A stretch of 64,000 bases of DNA, from positions 56,482,001 to 56,546,000 of the forward strand of contig NC_079167.1 in NCBI RefSeq assembly GCF_947568905.1, given 5' to 3'. The position numbers and the translations under genes are program-made. Shown here in pieces: positions 10,534 through 23,074 of this stretch. Each line of letters begins with the position of its first letter. Within the stretch, counting starts at the first letter, position 1. This stretch comes from Ostrea edulis (Eukaryota). The notes under the pieces were generated by a model. It saw only the letters and a list, made by a program, of their open reading frames with translations, ran no database searches and was not told the origin of the DNA.

Positions 10534-11235
10534 AGATTTTAAAGATTTTGAAAGAGTAGACATGTGGTCGAGGAATGCTGCACAATGATTTGGGTGATAC
10601 TGGATCAGGATGTTGGTCAATATTAAAGCATTGGCCTGGGTAGGTCAGTGGGTAGACTGCCTGGCTGGTTTTCAATGTTTTTTGTGTGTTTATATCGAGA
10701 TGATGGAGGTGAGGAAGGTATGTATGTTCTGAAAGCTCTAGGTATACTGATATTAAGAAATTAAGTCTCTCCGTTCCATTAAGAAGGTTTGAAAGCTTCT
10801 ATTTAATCATACGCTGGATTGATTAAACTTGCATCCAATCGGAAGTAATATATGGAGCAAGAATTACCCTGACAAATTTTTTGGTTAACTGTGAAAATTT
10901 GATAAAAGGTTTTAAGAAAAGTCTTAAAACTAGCAGACTTTTCTGAAAGAAGATATCCTTGACACAAGTCAAAAGGACAAAGGTTAAGTGAATTGGAGTT
11001 TGATATTTTAGAAGTTTTAAGAAATTTAGAATCGGCTTTTTCATCACTTGCTGCTACTGAACTAAAGTTTATTACATTCGAGGTGTGGGGCAAGGATGGC
11101 TCCTATTGATTTTGGGGTTCAAAGGTCAAATTCAAAGGGTACATCATTTCTTGGCTATTATTTTCCTATTCACTTTAATTTATGAAACATCAGAGGCTTT
11201 CAGTGGGAAGAGGATGACCATTATTGGGTCAACTG

Positions 11236-11412
11236 GTCATGCTAGCTCTGTGGTTGGAGCATTTGCTTCATAACTTTGAGGTTGAGAGTTCAAATCCTGC
11301 TCATGTCATGGTCACATCACACCTAAGACATAACCGTGGGTAGTGATTGCCCTTTCACCAAATGCTCGGCATTTAGAAGCAAGTCACAGGTCTTTTGGAT
11401 ATGACTTTAAAA
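11236..11412 (+). mobile_element. Degenerate, truncated tRNA-derived SINE of a second family
   Basis: A-box-like TAGCTCTGTGGTTGGAGC, B-box GAGTTCAAATCC, then GGTAGTGATTGC...CTCGGCATTTAGAAG...GGTCTTTTGGATATGAC. Confidence 0.55.
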
Positions 11413-12621
11413 GTACTAAAGCTATTGTGTAACATTATCTCGCATTCATTTTCTCACTATAATCTTTTGACCTAAAAAATGTAGATGTCTTCTTCTGACC
11501 ATTGACCACTTGAAGTACTAGGAGATATCACATTTCATAGAAGTATTGACAGACACAGTGAACTCCTGCATCTTTCATGTGGGGCCCTAATTTAGATTGA
11601 GTAAGATTGATCAAGCATGTCAAAAACTCATCTCAATTAAATAATTTATTGACATATCTATAAGTTTCATGGTTTATACTCGTACATATACTAATGCTGT
11701 ACATGTACTAGAGTTTCATGGTAAAACATAATAAAACAAATCATTCACAAAATTTTCACTTCAAAACAAGCCCAATTTTAAAAACATTTATCAGTTAACC
11801 CAACATCTTCCTGGTTATTAAAATGTATAGCATTGCATTAAACAATCACATCAGCGATAAATCTAAGTCAATATTACTTTTTAAAAATCAATAATGGCCA
11901 TAATCTGCCAAGGCTTCTCACAAAATAAATATACTGCTCAAAATTTGTAAATAAATGTTCATGGTTTCTTTTAAAAATACAAATGCATTGTTTATCAGTA
12001 ATGATGTACAAAACTTGTTTGGAAATTATTGACAAACAATGAGATAATATCAACAAATAAAGCAGTATGAAATTACATTTCAATTCTACACAAACTTTTT
12101 AAAGTGATTGATTTTATAATCATGTGCATTTGAAATTGAATATGTCAATTTTACAGTCGTGTCACTCAACCCCTCTACACTGTCTTACTTCTAATGTCAG
12201 GATGCATGGAACTGATGGGCACACATACTATATTTATTCTAAATCAAAATCTTTCGTCAGTATTTTGTGGGTTGTCACAATGTGGAAGTCAATCTGCAAC
12301 TCAATGATTAAGACATTGAGCCTTCCATAATTATTGAGTCTAACTTCTCTATTAGACTTCCTCTGGCTGAGGGAATCACTTTACAAAATGCTCTTGTCAT
12401 TAATAAATTATAACCAGCTCTGCAAAGATACACAACTGCCACTCCAGTGGTTTTTGTTTAAAAATGTCTTTCCGAACTGTTCACAGAATTTTACGAATCA
12501 CTACTCCATCCAGCTATATAGTTTCCAAGGCGATACTTTTATTCTCACCTATACATGTATATTTCTGTATTTTGATGCCTTTATTTTTCTATCATCTTTA
12601 ATTTTTCTCTCTTTATTTCAT

Positions 12622-12623
<2 letters not shown>

Positions 12624-12656
<33 letters not shown>
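12624..12656. repeat. Compound (TA)n(TG)n microsatellite
   Basis: Direct reading of the sequence. Confidence 0.9.
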
Positions 12657-12879
12657 TTAATATCTGAGGAATACAAGGTGCATACAGATGTTAAACAAGG
12701 ATCTTGGGTTACATGACTTTCCTGCAATGCTTCGCCTTCGTATCTAAATCCACAATGACAATGTGATTTGATATCCTAATACAAAGGTATATGTACTTCC
12801 AAGAAATACAGTTATGATATTTTCCTTTGATTGCTACCAAAATTAAATAGAATTAAAGGTCAAATGAAATTTTTTTATT

Positions 12880-13533
12880 CAAGAACAGAAATGGCTGGGT
12901 TGCTTTGAAATATGTTATCTATCATAGAGACAGCAGTACAAAACATACTGGAAAAATGATATATCAAATGTAGAATTTAAAAAAAAAAAAACAGAAGCAC
13001 TTTTTAAAATGTCACATGTATATCTTCAATGTTTTATAACAACTATATTGTACAAGATCTGAAAAATGTCAAGTAAAAGCTGTGAGAGGGGTTGGTTACA
13101 CAAAGTAGGTACCATGCTTAAAAATGACAAAGTTCAACTACATCATGTATATGTAAATTTTCAAAGACGGTCTGATCACTTCCAAAAAGACATTTGCACA
13201 TCGTTAATGCTTCCATAACAGCTGTACAAAGCTTGAGAAATGTCAGGTAAGAGGTGTGAGAGGAGCTGATTACACAAAATTGTTACTGTCTATACAAGAA
13301 ATGCTTAAAAAATTACTAAGTTCAACTATATGTAATTTTTTTTCGAAAAATGTCTGATTACTTTCAAAAAGGCACATGCACATCTTGAATGTATCCATAA
13401 CAACTGTACAAAGTTTGAGGAATGTCAAGTTAGAGGTGTGAGAGGAGTTGATTACACAAAGTAGGTACCCTATTACAGGGACACCTGCCCACCCACCATT
13501 CTATAAGCTGTTTGCATGTGTGCAACCCAGCCA
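12880..13533 (+). mobile_element. Degraded HINE-like element
   Basis: Subterminal inverted pair GGCTGGGTTGC / GCAACCCAGCC with about three diverged internal units (GTGAGAGGAG-TGATTACACAAA). Confidence 0.5.
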
Positions 13534-14068
13534 ATTACCCAATTTTCCTACCATTCATTTTATTTCTATATCATTTTAACATCTAACTTTTACTTCATGC
13601 TCAGAGTAGTCTAATATATGATGTATAATGATAATGCACATAATTTTGTAATCAATAAAAAATTTGATTCATTTCAACTAATGTGAAAAATTTCAGTAAA
13701 TTTGTGTCAATATTCAATAAAGTCAGGTTAAAAGTTACATACATATTAAGTATCTCAGTGATTTACATTTTTAATTTAAAAAATAAACTTTAAATTCAAT
13801 AAGAAAAAATGTGATGATTAACAAATTTAATTGTGCTTTATTATGCTGAATGATTATGCAATACTACTGGTTACATCCCAAAATGATATTGAAAATCACA
13901 GTCGTTTTTTTCATGTAATTATTGACATTCACCAATGGAATGATCTAAACTTGAAATCACAGTAATGCGTCGGTAATGTCTCTATTCATAAGAGGCAAGA
14001 ATTTTCCCTTTAATGCTGATATTTTCTTTCACAGCTTAGCGGCATCAGAAGTAGGCTGATATTTTCTT

Positions 14069-17000
14069 TCACAGCTTAGCAGCAACAGAAGTAGGCTGAT
14101 ATTTCCTATACATAGTGACCACAGCAGCACCACCAATTCCAAAGTTATGCTGCATGCCTATTTTGGCACCATCCACTTGTCTCTTATCAGCCAATCCTCG
14201 GAGCTGGTTAACAAGTTCTCCACACTGGGCTAAACCTAAAAAATTGAGATGTTTGTAAAACACATATGCCCCCCCATGGTGCAAAATATAAAAAGGTTAT
14301 ACAAACACATCATTTCATTGATGGTAGTATCATCAATTCAAAATATTGAGAAGACAATGTCTTCCTATGTCAAGAGTGGATTGACCATGTGACCTCAAAA
14401 TCATTAGGGGTCATCTACTCCTTATGCTGTACCAGTGTACCAAGTTTGGTGTCAATCAAGCAAATAATTCTTAAAATATAGGAGACAATATATTATTATG
14501 TCCAGTTTAACCCTTGACCTTTGACCACGTGATCTCAAAACCAATAGGGGTCATCTTCTCCTGAAGATGCACCAGTGTACTAAGTTTGATGTCTGTCAAG
14601 CAAAGGGTTCTCAAGATATTGAACGGACAGTATACTCCTATGTCCAGTTTGACCCTTGATCTTTGAACATGTTATCTCAAAATCATTAGGAGTCATCTTC
14701 TCCTGAAGATGTACCAGTGTACCAAGTTTGATGTCCTATCAAGCAAAGGGTTTCAATTATATTGAGCGGACAGTATATTCCAATGTCCAATTTGACCATT
14801 GACCTTTGACCATGTGACCTCCAAATCAATAGGAGCCATCTTCTCCTGAAGATGTACCAGTGTACTAAGTTTGATGTCTGTCAAGCCAAGGGTTCTCAAG
14901 ATATTGAACGAAGAGTATATTTCTATGTCCAGTTTGAACCTTGACCTTTGACCATGTTACCTCAAAATCAATAGGGGTTATCTTCTTCTAAAGATATACC
15001 AGTGTACCAAATTTAATGTCTGTCAAACAAAGGGCTCTCTAGACATTGAGTGGTCAGTATATTCCTATGTCCAGTTTAACCTTTGACATTTGACCATGTG
15101 ACCTCAAAATCAATAGGGGTCATCTACTCCTTAGGATGTACCAGTGTACCAAGTATGATGTCTGTCAAGCAAAGGGTTCTTAAGATATTGAGCGGACAGG
15201 TATATTCCAGTTATTCCTATGTCCAGAGTAGATTGACCCTTGACCTTTTGACCTGAAAAACAATAGGGGTCCTCTTCTACTCATAACCAACCACATATGA
15301 AAAATCATTACGATCAAGTGAATGGTTTTTAAGATATTGAGTGGACAACATGTGGTCTACCGACTGACCAACCGACATACTGACCGACCAACAGGTGCAT
15401 CTCTTCTTTGAAAGGGGGGCATAAAAATTATTTCATGCGCATATGATTTCACAAAATTTTCATACCAATCATGCATTTTCATAAACTAATGGATAATACA
15501 TGTACCACCTTTCATTTGTGAATCGTCAATGGAAAAACCACCCATGACTTGTAATATTTGCGTGTCAGCCAAGATATGCATATCATGTACATACACGAAA
15601 TAACTTCGGTCCATAGACTAGTGAAACCGACATGCACTGAGAGACAATTTATTGTTGGAATACACATTTTGTCAGAATAAACAGTGTAAAAAACAATGAA
15701 AATATGAAGTTGAGAATTAAAATAAGGGTAGGAATACCTTGTAAAATGGATTGTACAGGTGTTAGATTAGGCAGGTTTCACTGTATTTGCAAGAATGGTG
15801 TGCCAGCAAGTGGCAAATCTCTAGATACTTCTTGCATACAAATTCATGACTTGTAATATTCACATGTTGATTTACAGTAAGTACACTCTTTCATACTGTA
15901 CTTAAATCAGTAGTACAGGTAGTTTGCATTCAGGGATAACTAAATAAAAGCTATATAATTCAATCATTGTAATAAAAGTCTCACAAATTTAATGCTCATT
16001 AGCTGTACCGGTAGCTTCCAAATGGCATATAAATGTACATCAAATTTTCAAAACCATTTTGGTAAATCTACCAGAGCATTATACTCTTACCTGTTGCTCC
16101 TATTGGATGACCTTTGGACTCTAGTCCTCCAGAGGGATTCACAACCCATTTGTTATTCAAGACACACATCTTTCCCCCATTGCTGTTGGTAACCCACTTG
16201 CTATTTCTTATCAGCTCTGCTCCTCTGCCCTCTGGAGCCAGTTGCAGAGCTTCATACATGAAAAGTTCATTACAAGAGAAACAGTCATGCACCTCCAAAA
16301 CATCCACATCCGATGGCGACAATCCAGTATCTGTGTAGCACCTTGTGGCTGCTTCTTTAGCCATATGGTAGCCAGATAAGTCCATAAAACTCTCCTTGAA
16401 TGAAGCACTGGTATCGGTCACCATGTGCTGAGAAAGGATTTCCACCGCTTGTCTTTGTAAATTGTTTTTGACAACAAAGTCCTCACTACAGATTACAACT
16501 GCAGCCCCACCATCAGCTGTGGGAGCCGACATCCAGAATGTGATCGGATAACACAGCATCAGCTTGGATTTGATGTCCTCCTTTGACAGCTCTCTCTGTA
16601 TGGTGGCCCATGGGTTGTTGACACTCTGTTTGTGATTTTTATATGCAATGTCTACAAAATCATCCACTGTGGTACCTGGGTATTTCTTTATGTATTCCCG
16701 GGCAGCATACGCATAAAGTTTAACCACATCTGAAGTCATGTTGTTCATCCTTGGTTGTATCAATCCTGGATCAGCACCAATATTGACCATGTGGTCCATG
16801 TGACGTTTTACGGGAGATGTTCGATCTGTGTATTTCTCTGACAAACCCCTCTCCATTTTTTCAAAGCCTAAACAGCAGCAAAACATTACACACTTAAATG
16901 AACAAAACACGTGTAAATTACATTATGTATCATAAAATGAGCCTGTTATTCCAAAACAAGCATTTACTGTACTGTATTTATGAATTATGATAAAACTACA

Positions 17001-20000
17001 TTATTCTTCCACAGAATATCATATTGCACTTCAAAAATAAGTAGGTGTACAAATGACAAGTTAATAAGGCCAAGTTACTATATCTGTCCACAACTGGGTT
17101 TTTTTTTGTTTTTGGCAAGATCATGTAGCAATTTGACTAGTCTATTCTTCACTTCAGGTTTAAGAATGTAGCTTACCCAGTACATGTTTCTTTACAACAA
17201 AATAGTATAATATGTTTATGAAATTAGATATTAAACACAACACATTGCCATCAATTTTATCTTTTTCATAAATAATGTTACCCGGTAAGTATATGTACAG
17301 TAAAACTCAGTCTGATTAACAGATCTCCGATCTCGCTCTCTTCCTTTTTTCTATGCTCGTTCAACATGCGGTTTTAATCAGAATGAGTAAAGCTTGTTTA
17401 GTACAAACATGAATATAGCAAATTTGTGATAGAATAAAGTTTTGCTGAATCTTCGTATTTCTTGGATATCCCTCACAACTACTACAGTATATTCGATACT
17501 AATTTTTTTTATTAGAAACCAAGGGTACCCATCCCATGTGTTTATACAAGTAGTGGACAAATCTTCCTAGAGGTGTCAATGACTACATCCATGTTTGGGT
17601 CAAGTGGTGTTTTTATTTTGTAAAACTACCAAAACCAACACAATATGAATTTAATTTCATCACACATGTTTTTCGATTTTGCTATACTGTTAGATATACT
17701 TGAAAAAAATAATTTTATAGGGTAAATTGATTTCTGTCAATTGCACATGTAATAAAAGACTGTATGTCATTGTAAGTTTTTTGTATAGTTCTTTTAAGAT
17801 AATGATAAATTTTATTCTATAAACAAAGATGAATATGCAGGGGGTGGGGTATTCTATGCTTTGTAATTTCACTTTCTCATACTAAATTTGTTATAAATTG
17901 TAAAAATAAAGTTACACTGATAAAACAAATTATGTATATATTAAAAAGAGATAAATCTATGGGACCCCAGGGATTGGCTGTAACTGAGTTTTACTATAAT
18001 ATCTCAACCTTAAGAACTTTTAATAAATAAACACCAGGTAACTAATGTTTGGAAATACAGTGCCCCCTCAACTCGATGTATTGATGTTGCCTCACCACTG
18101 GCAAAGCAAAAGTGCCAGTCCGCAGTATGCATTACAATACTGGTAATAAGGGTGACAGTGCTTGGTTAATGGACAGCATCCAAAGAATTTGTTCATGTCA
18201 AATGCTGGTACACCAAATTTGATCAATTTACCTAAAGCTAGTACACAATCCTCAATCCCACTTTGTACAAGCCGGCGAGCCAGCATGAGAGCACTGGACC
18301 CCGAGGAACAGTTGTTGTTAACATTGAAGACGGGCACACCAGTGAGACCTAGTTCATACACAGCCCGCTGCCCTGAGGTAGGCTCTCCATAACAATAACT
18401 GGCCACCACAGCCTGGACCTGGTGATAGTCAAGCTCAGCATCTGACAAGGCTGCAAGTCCTGGAATTATAAAAAGAAAATGTGTTAACATTCAGAGCATT
18501 AATTTAAATAAGAGGCCCATGGGACACATCGCTAACCTGACTCACCTTGGCCCATGTTTAAAGATTTCCCCTAAATATTCACATGTAAAATTTTTATCCC
18601 CTATTGTGGCCCCACCCTACCTCCGGGGGCCATGATTTTAACAACTTTGAATCTACACTATGTCAGGGCTGCCATGTAAATTTTAACTTGCCTGGACCAG
18701 TGGTTCTTGATTGATTTGATTTTGCTGTTTTCCACCACACTCAGCAATTTTTCAGTTATCTGGTGGTGCCCAGTTTTTATTGGTGGAAGAGAGAACCCAG
18801 ATACATTGTACCTGGGAAGAGACCACCGACCTTCCGAAAGTAAACTGAGAAACTTTCTCACTTACTGGCCCGAGCAGGATTCGAACCCACGCCGACCAGA
18901 GGTGAGAGGCCGTGTGATTTTGAGCGGGATGCTCTAACCACTCGGCCACGGAGGCCTCCCAGTGGTTAGATTTTGAAAGATTTTCCCTATACATTTGCAT
19001 GTAAAACTTTGATCCCCTATTGTGGCCCCACCCTACCCCTGGGGGCCATAACTTTAACACACTTGAATCTGCACTATGTCTGGAAGTTGCCATGTAAATT
19101 TGAACTTTTCTGGCTCAGTGATTCTTGAGAAGAAAATTTTTAAATGACCCACCCTATTTTTGCAATTAAGTGATTATCTCCCCTTTGAAGAGGGCATGGT
19201 CATTCATTTGAAGAAACTTGAATCCCCTTCACACAAGGATGATTTGTACCAAGTTTGATTGGGATTGGCCAGCTGGTTCTAGAGAAGATTTCTAAAATGT
19301 CAGTGTATTTTCGCTATTTTTACTATTATCTCCCCTTGAGCCTTCGCCTCAGATGAGCTACAAAAGGTTCACACTAAGGATCATACAGTAACCATGCAAC
19401 GATTGTGACAATAATGATACATCTATTCAAAAACGAGAGACACATGGGCCACATCATTCATCACCTGATCAATGAAATTTTCTTCTTCGATTTACAATAC
19501 ATTTACACTGAATCAACACTACATCAGTACGTTTGCATATCAATGTGGCCTTATAGTTCATGTCGTAGATTTGTTTCATTTATACTCTTTGTAAAACTTT
19601 TGATCCCTTTTGTGGACTTGGAGGTCATGATTTGAATATTCTTGATGAGACTGTATGAGAAAATGTCTACATGCATATAAAATTTACAAATCACACCCTT
19701 GCATTTTCCTTTTGAGAACATATTTAAAGCATTTTCTTGAGTACAACTTTAAAGGGACTGGTTCATGATTTTTGAAATAAATATTTTTCATATTTGATGT
19801 TGAATATCAAAATCATAATTAATTCAATGTTGACAGCCAAAATGTTGACCTTCTGAACTCTGAGTTATATAAACAAAGACTCCAGTCTTTTTATGTTTAC
19901 AAACAAACCAGTGAAATGTTAATTTTGTAATATAAAGCATCTTAATTTTGCACAGTCACAAATTCAACCTTTAGATGACACATTTTACCTAAAGAATACT

Positions 20001-20560
20001 TGAAATGTCAACAATAACATACCACAATCTTTGTTTACAAAGCAAATAATAAACTCTCTAAAATGAGCTTCTGTGATAATATATAACCTTAATTTTTTTT
20101 TGTGAAACCTTTCTAAACACATTAAATAGTAGATTTTGATCATTAAAAGTGAAAACAAAATTTGGGGGAAATTCGTGAATCATTCCCTTTAAACCCCCTA
20201 TTGTAGCCTCATCCTGGCCCCAGGTGTGATACTTTGAACAAACTTTAAAATTCACTGAATCAGGATGCTTTTGATTCCTGAATTTTTTAAAAGAAATTTT
20301 CTGGCATTTTTGCTACATATCAGTTACATCAACTGCACAGTTTCTCATTCAAACAGACACACGACAAAACATGATTAGAAAAGGTGAGCTAAAAGACTGT
20401 TGTTCACGGACTGTAACAACAAAGTCACTGATGCATCACTACCTGCTTCTCTTCCCATATCTGGATAATCCCAGTCCTTGGAAAGTGGTTTCTCAAATTT
20501 GGTGACCCCCACTCCCACAACAAATGTCCTTCTCTGGGGTTTTACTCCTTTCACAGACAT
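14069..20560 (-). CDS. SCP2: SCP2-type peroxisomal thiolase (SCPx thiolase domain only, no sterol-carrier domain), 429 aa, PTS1 AKL
   Basis: Coding exons 20443-20560, 18232-18459, 16091-16867 and 14069-14235, all phase 1 and GT-AG, 1290 nt in total. Motifs: FVVGVGVTKFEKP, NVNNNCSSGS (catalytic Cys), EVHDCF, KGHPIGATG, QHNFGIGG; ends AAKL*. The symbol denotes the family; true orthology is not tested. Confidence 0.9.
14240..15426 (+). mobile_element. HINE with about seven 140-143-bp core repeats, in the last intron of the thiolase
   Basis: Start GAGATGTTTGTAAAACACATATGCCCCC, units AAAATCAATAGGGGTCATCT at about 14397, 14537, 14679, 14822, 14964, 15106 and 15256, then a CGAC/TGAC microsatellite and a GGGGGGCATAAAAA end. 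Confidence 0.85.
17298..17996. mobile_element. Tc1/pogo-type MITE (TA TSD)
   Basis: TA|CAGTAAAACTCAGT ... ACTGAGTTTTACTa|TA. Confidence 0.6.
18508..19373 (+). mobile_element. Cg170-type HINE interrupted by a SINE
   Basis: Start AATAAGAGGCCCATGGGACACATCGCTAACCTGA, reverse-orientation 166-bp monomers, and end CCTTGAGCCTTCGCCTCAGATGAGCTA. Confidence 0.8.
18709..18958 (-). mobile_element. tRNA-derived SINE, full length (same family as 1964-2204)
   Basis: On the minus strand: GAGGCCTCCGTGGCCGAGTGG (A-box), GGGTTCGAATCC (B-box) and an AATC tail. TSD CCAGTGGTT at 18697-18705 and 18959-18967. Confidence 0.9.
19753..20188. mobile_element. Kolobok-type MITE family A (TTAA TSD)
   Basis: TTAA|AGGGACTGGTTCATGA ... 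TCGTGAATCATTCCCT|TTAA. The same family occurs at 25507, 54934 and 55007. Confidence 0.85.
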
Positions 20561-21039
20561 CCTGTAAAATAACAATATTACTCATTCATAACTCATTACT
20601 GCACCATCATACTTATGCTGATAGAATTACAGTCAACATCTGTAATGAGAAAGAGATGTTAAATTTCTGATGAGCAACCTATGACCTTTTGACTCTTGAA
20701 ATTAGTAGACAGCTCCCTTAACCAAACATCTGCGTAACAGAGCTGTTATTTTTTACATTCCCTGTATCCATAGTAAGCACCTTCTAATTTATTAATGATT
20801 TTAATAATAAAAGCCCTACTAACATATTAGAAAGTAGAGAGAGAAAGATGTCAATGAATGAAGGTAGCCTAACAGAGAGGAAACACATAAAAGTTTAAAG
20901 ATCCAGCTAAAAACAAAATTGTTTCAAGTCCTATCAACTGTGGGTAAGGGCTCAGTGATAAAGAGTGAAAAATATTTACTCCAAAACTAAAACGACATCA
21001 GACTTGTGGAAAGACCACTCTATGTAGGAATGAAAATTA

Positions 21040-21290
21040 TGAACCCCCAGACATTCCTCCCATGGAAGAACTGGACAAAAGATGAGATCATTAAAGCAGT
21101 CAAGAAAAGTCAAGAATGGCAAAGTAGACCAGAATATTCCACCAGAGGTTCTCAAAATTTCCCCCAAAAAATAACAGCAAACAGACAGAAAGACCTACCT
21201 GAAAAGATGTGCAAGACAGGAAATACCAGAGGAGAAGAGAATAGGATTCATTGTTAAGGAGACCCAAGAGACAGTCATAAATGAGGAGAA
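21040..21290 (+). pseudogene. Degenerate RTE-clade LINE reverse-transcriptase fragment
   Basis: Frameshifted pieces TKDEIIKAVKK / KNGKVDQNIPPEVLK / IPEEKRIGFIVK match the region just before the RT domain of non-LTR elements. Confidence 0.55.
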
Positions 21291-21479
21291 ATCAAACTTC
21301 TTTTAATTGCTCCCTAGCAAAGTCCTCACCTGAATGACATTAAATATTAAAAGTATGGACATCAACACTTCTTTAGAGTAATCAAATAAAATGTTCATCT
21401 CTATACTACAGACAATTTGAATTACAAGTGTTCAATTTATAAAGAACAATATATTGAATTGAATTAGAAATGTTTCGGA

Positions 21480-23069
21480 ATGTTAGCCCCCGGGGGTAGG
21501 ATGGGGCCACAATAGGGGATCAAAGTTTTACATACAAATTTATAGGGAAAATCTTTTAAAATCTTCTTCTTAAGAACCACTGAGCCAGAAAAGCTGATAT
21601 TTACATAAAAGCTTTCTGACATAGTGCAGATTCAAGGTTGTTCAAATCATGGCCTTGGGGTGTAGGATGGGGTCACAAGGGGGGGATCAAAGTTTTGCAT
21701 ACAAATACAATGAAACTTCTCAAAACCGGCCAGCTCTCGGACCGATAAAAATGGCCGGTTTATAGGGATGAGAATTTGGCATTTAGAGACATTTTATCTC
21801 AATATTCACAAAGTAGGTACTGTTCACGTTGTTCAGTAGAGATCAAATTAGCCTGCATTTGTACCTTAAGGTAATTATAAATTCTCGCTGAAATCATCTA
21901 ATTTTAAACTGTACATCAATAACAGGATAATTAAAGAAAACACAGAAGCCTATTATTATTGGAATTCCTCTTACCTATAAACACTCTGTTTACATTCATC
22001 ACTTATATCATTAACAAATTTGTTTTGACATTTTTAAAAAGTAGAGTAGTAAATGTGAAATTGTAATTTGAATATTTCTTAGGAATTGCAAGTCTATGAA
22101 AACCAAGAAAATTAATTTATTATTTAATAATTATCATTAACAGTCATGGGTTTGTTCTTTATCAACTATTGCTTATACCCATGCGATAGTATGGTGCAAC
22201 AATATGGCGTTTGATACTGTATTCAATCAATATGTTCCTAACTGGTTTTTACATTTTGTACAGAATTTGGAAGGGTCACTTGGATTAGCCAAGTGGCACT
22301 TAATACACATGATAGCACAGGTAAACAATAGAAATTATGGAGTCCACTTGTGTTTTTCACACCTCCAGTAGATAATTTCCCACTTGGCTGGTCAGTCTGT
22401 CAATTTGCACACCTGGCCGATTTTGATCACTCTCTGGCCAAAATGCTCTTGTCTTCAAAAAGTGACCAGTATTATAAGGGTAAATTACACATGTTTGTTA
22501 ACAATTTATGTACTTTAAAAAGTGGCTGATGTCCGGTTTTCAGGGGTGGCCGGTTTTGTAAGACTTTCTTTGTAAGGAAATGTTAAGATGTCTGCCAGGA
22601 CTTTGAAAATCGGCCGATATTCAGGGAGGACCGGTTTTATGAGGGGCCGGTTTGGAGAAGTTTCACTGTATATAGGGAAAATCTTTTAAAATTTTCTTCT
22701 CAAGAACCACTGAGCCAGAAAAGCTGATATTTACATGAAAGTTTCTTAACATAGTGCAGATTTAAGTTTGTTCAAATCATGGCCCCCAGGGGTAGGATGG
22801 TGCCACAATAGGGGATCAAAGTTTTACAAACAAATATATAGGGAAAATCTTTAAAAATCTTCTTCTCAAGAACCATTGGGCCAAAGAAGTTGACATTTAC
22901 ATGAAAGCTTTCTGATATAGTGTAGATCCAAGTTTGCAAAAATCATGGCCTCCAGGGGTAGGTTGGGGCCATAATAGGGACTACGGTTTTACATGCAAAT
23001 ATATATGGAAAGTCTTCAGATACGGGCCAAGGTGACTCAGGTGAGCGATGTGGACCATGAGCCTCTTGT
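21480..23069 (-). mobile_element. Cg170-type HINE interrupted by a TA-targeting MITE
   Basis: 166-bp monomers like those at 8203-9039, with terminus GACTCAGGTGAGCGATGTGGACCATGAGCCTCTTGT. Confidence 0.85.
21708..22668. mobile_element. Tc1/pogo-type MITE (TA TSD), nested in a Cg170 monomer
   Basis: TA|CAATGAAACTTCTCAAAACCGGCC ... GGCCGGTTTGGAGAAGTTTCACTG|TA. Removing it restores the monomer sequence ACAAATATATAGGGAAAATC. Confidence 0.85.
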
Positions 23070-23074
23070 ATTTA

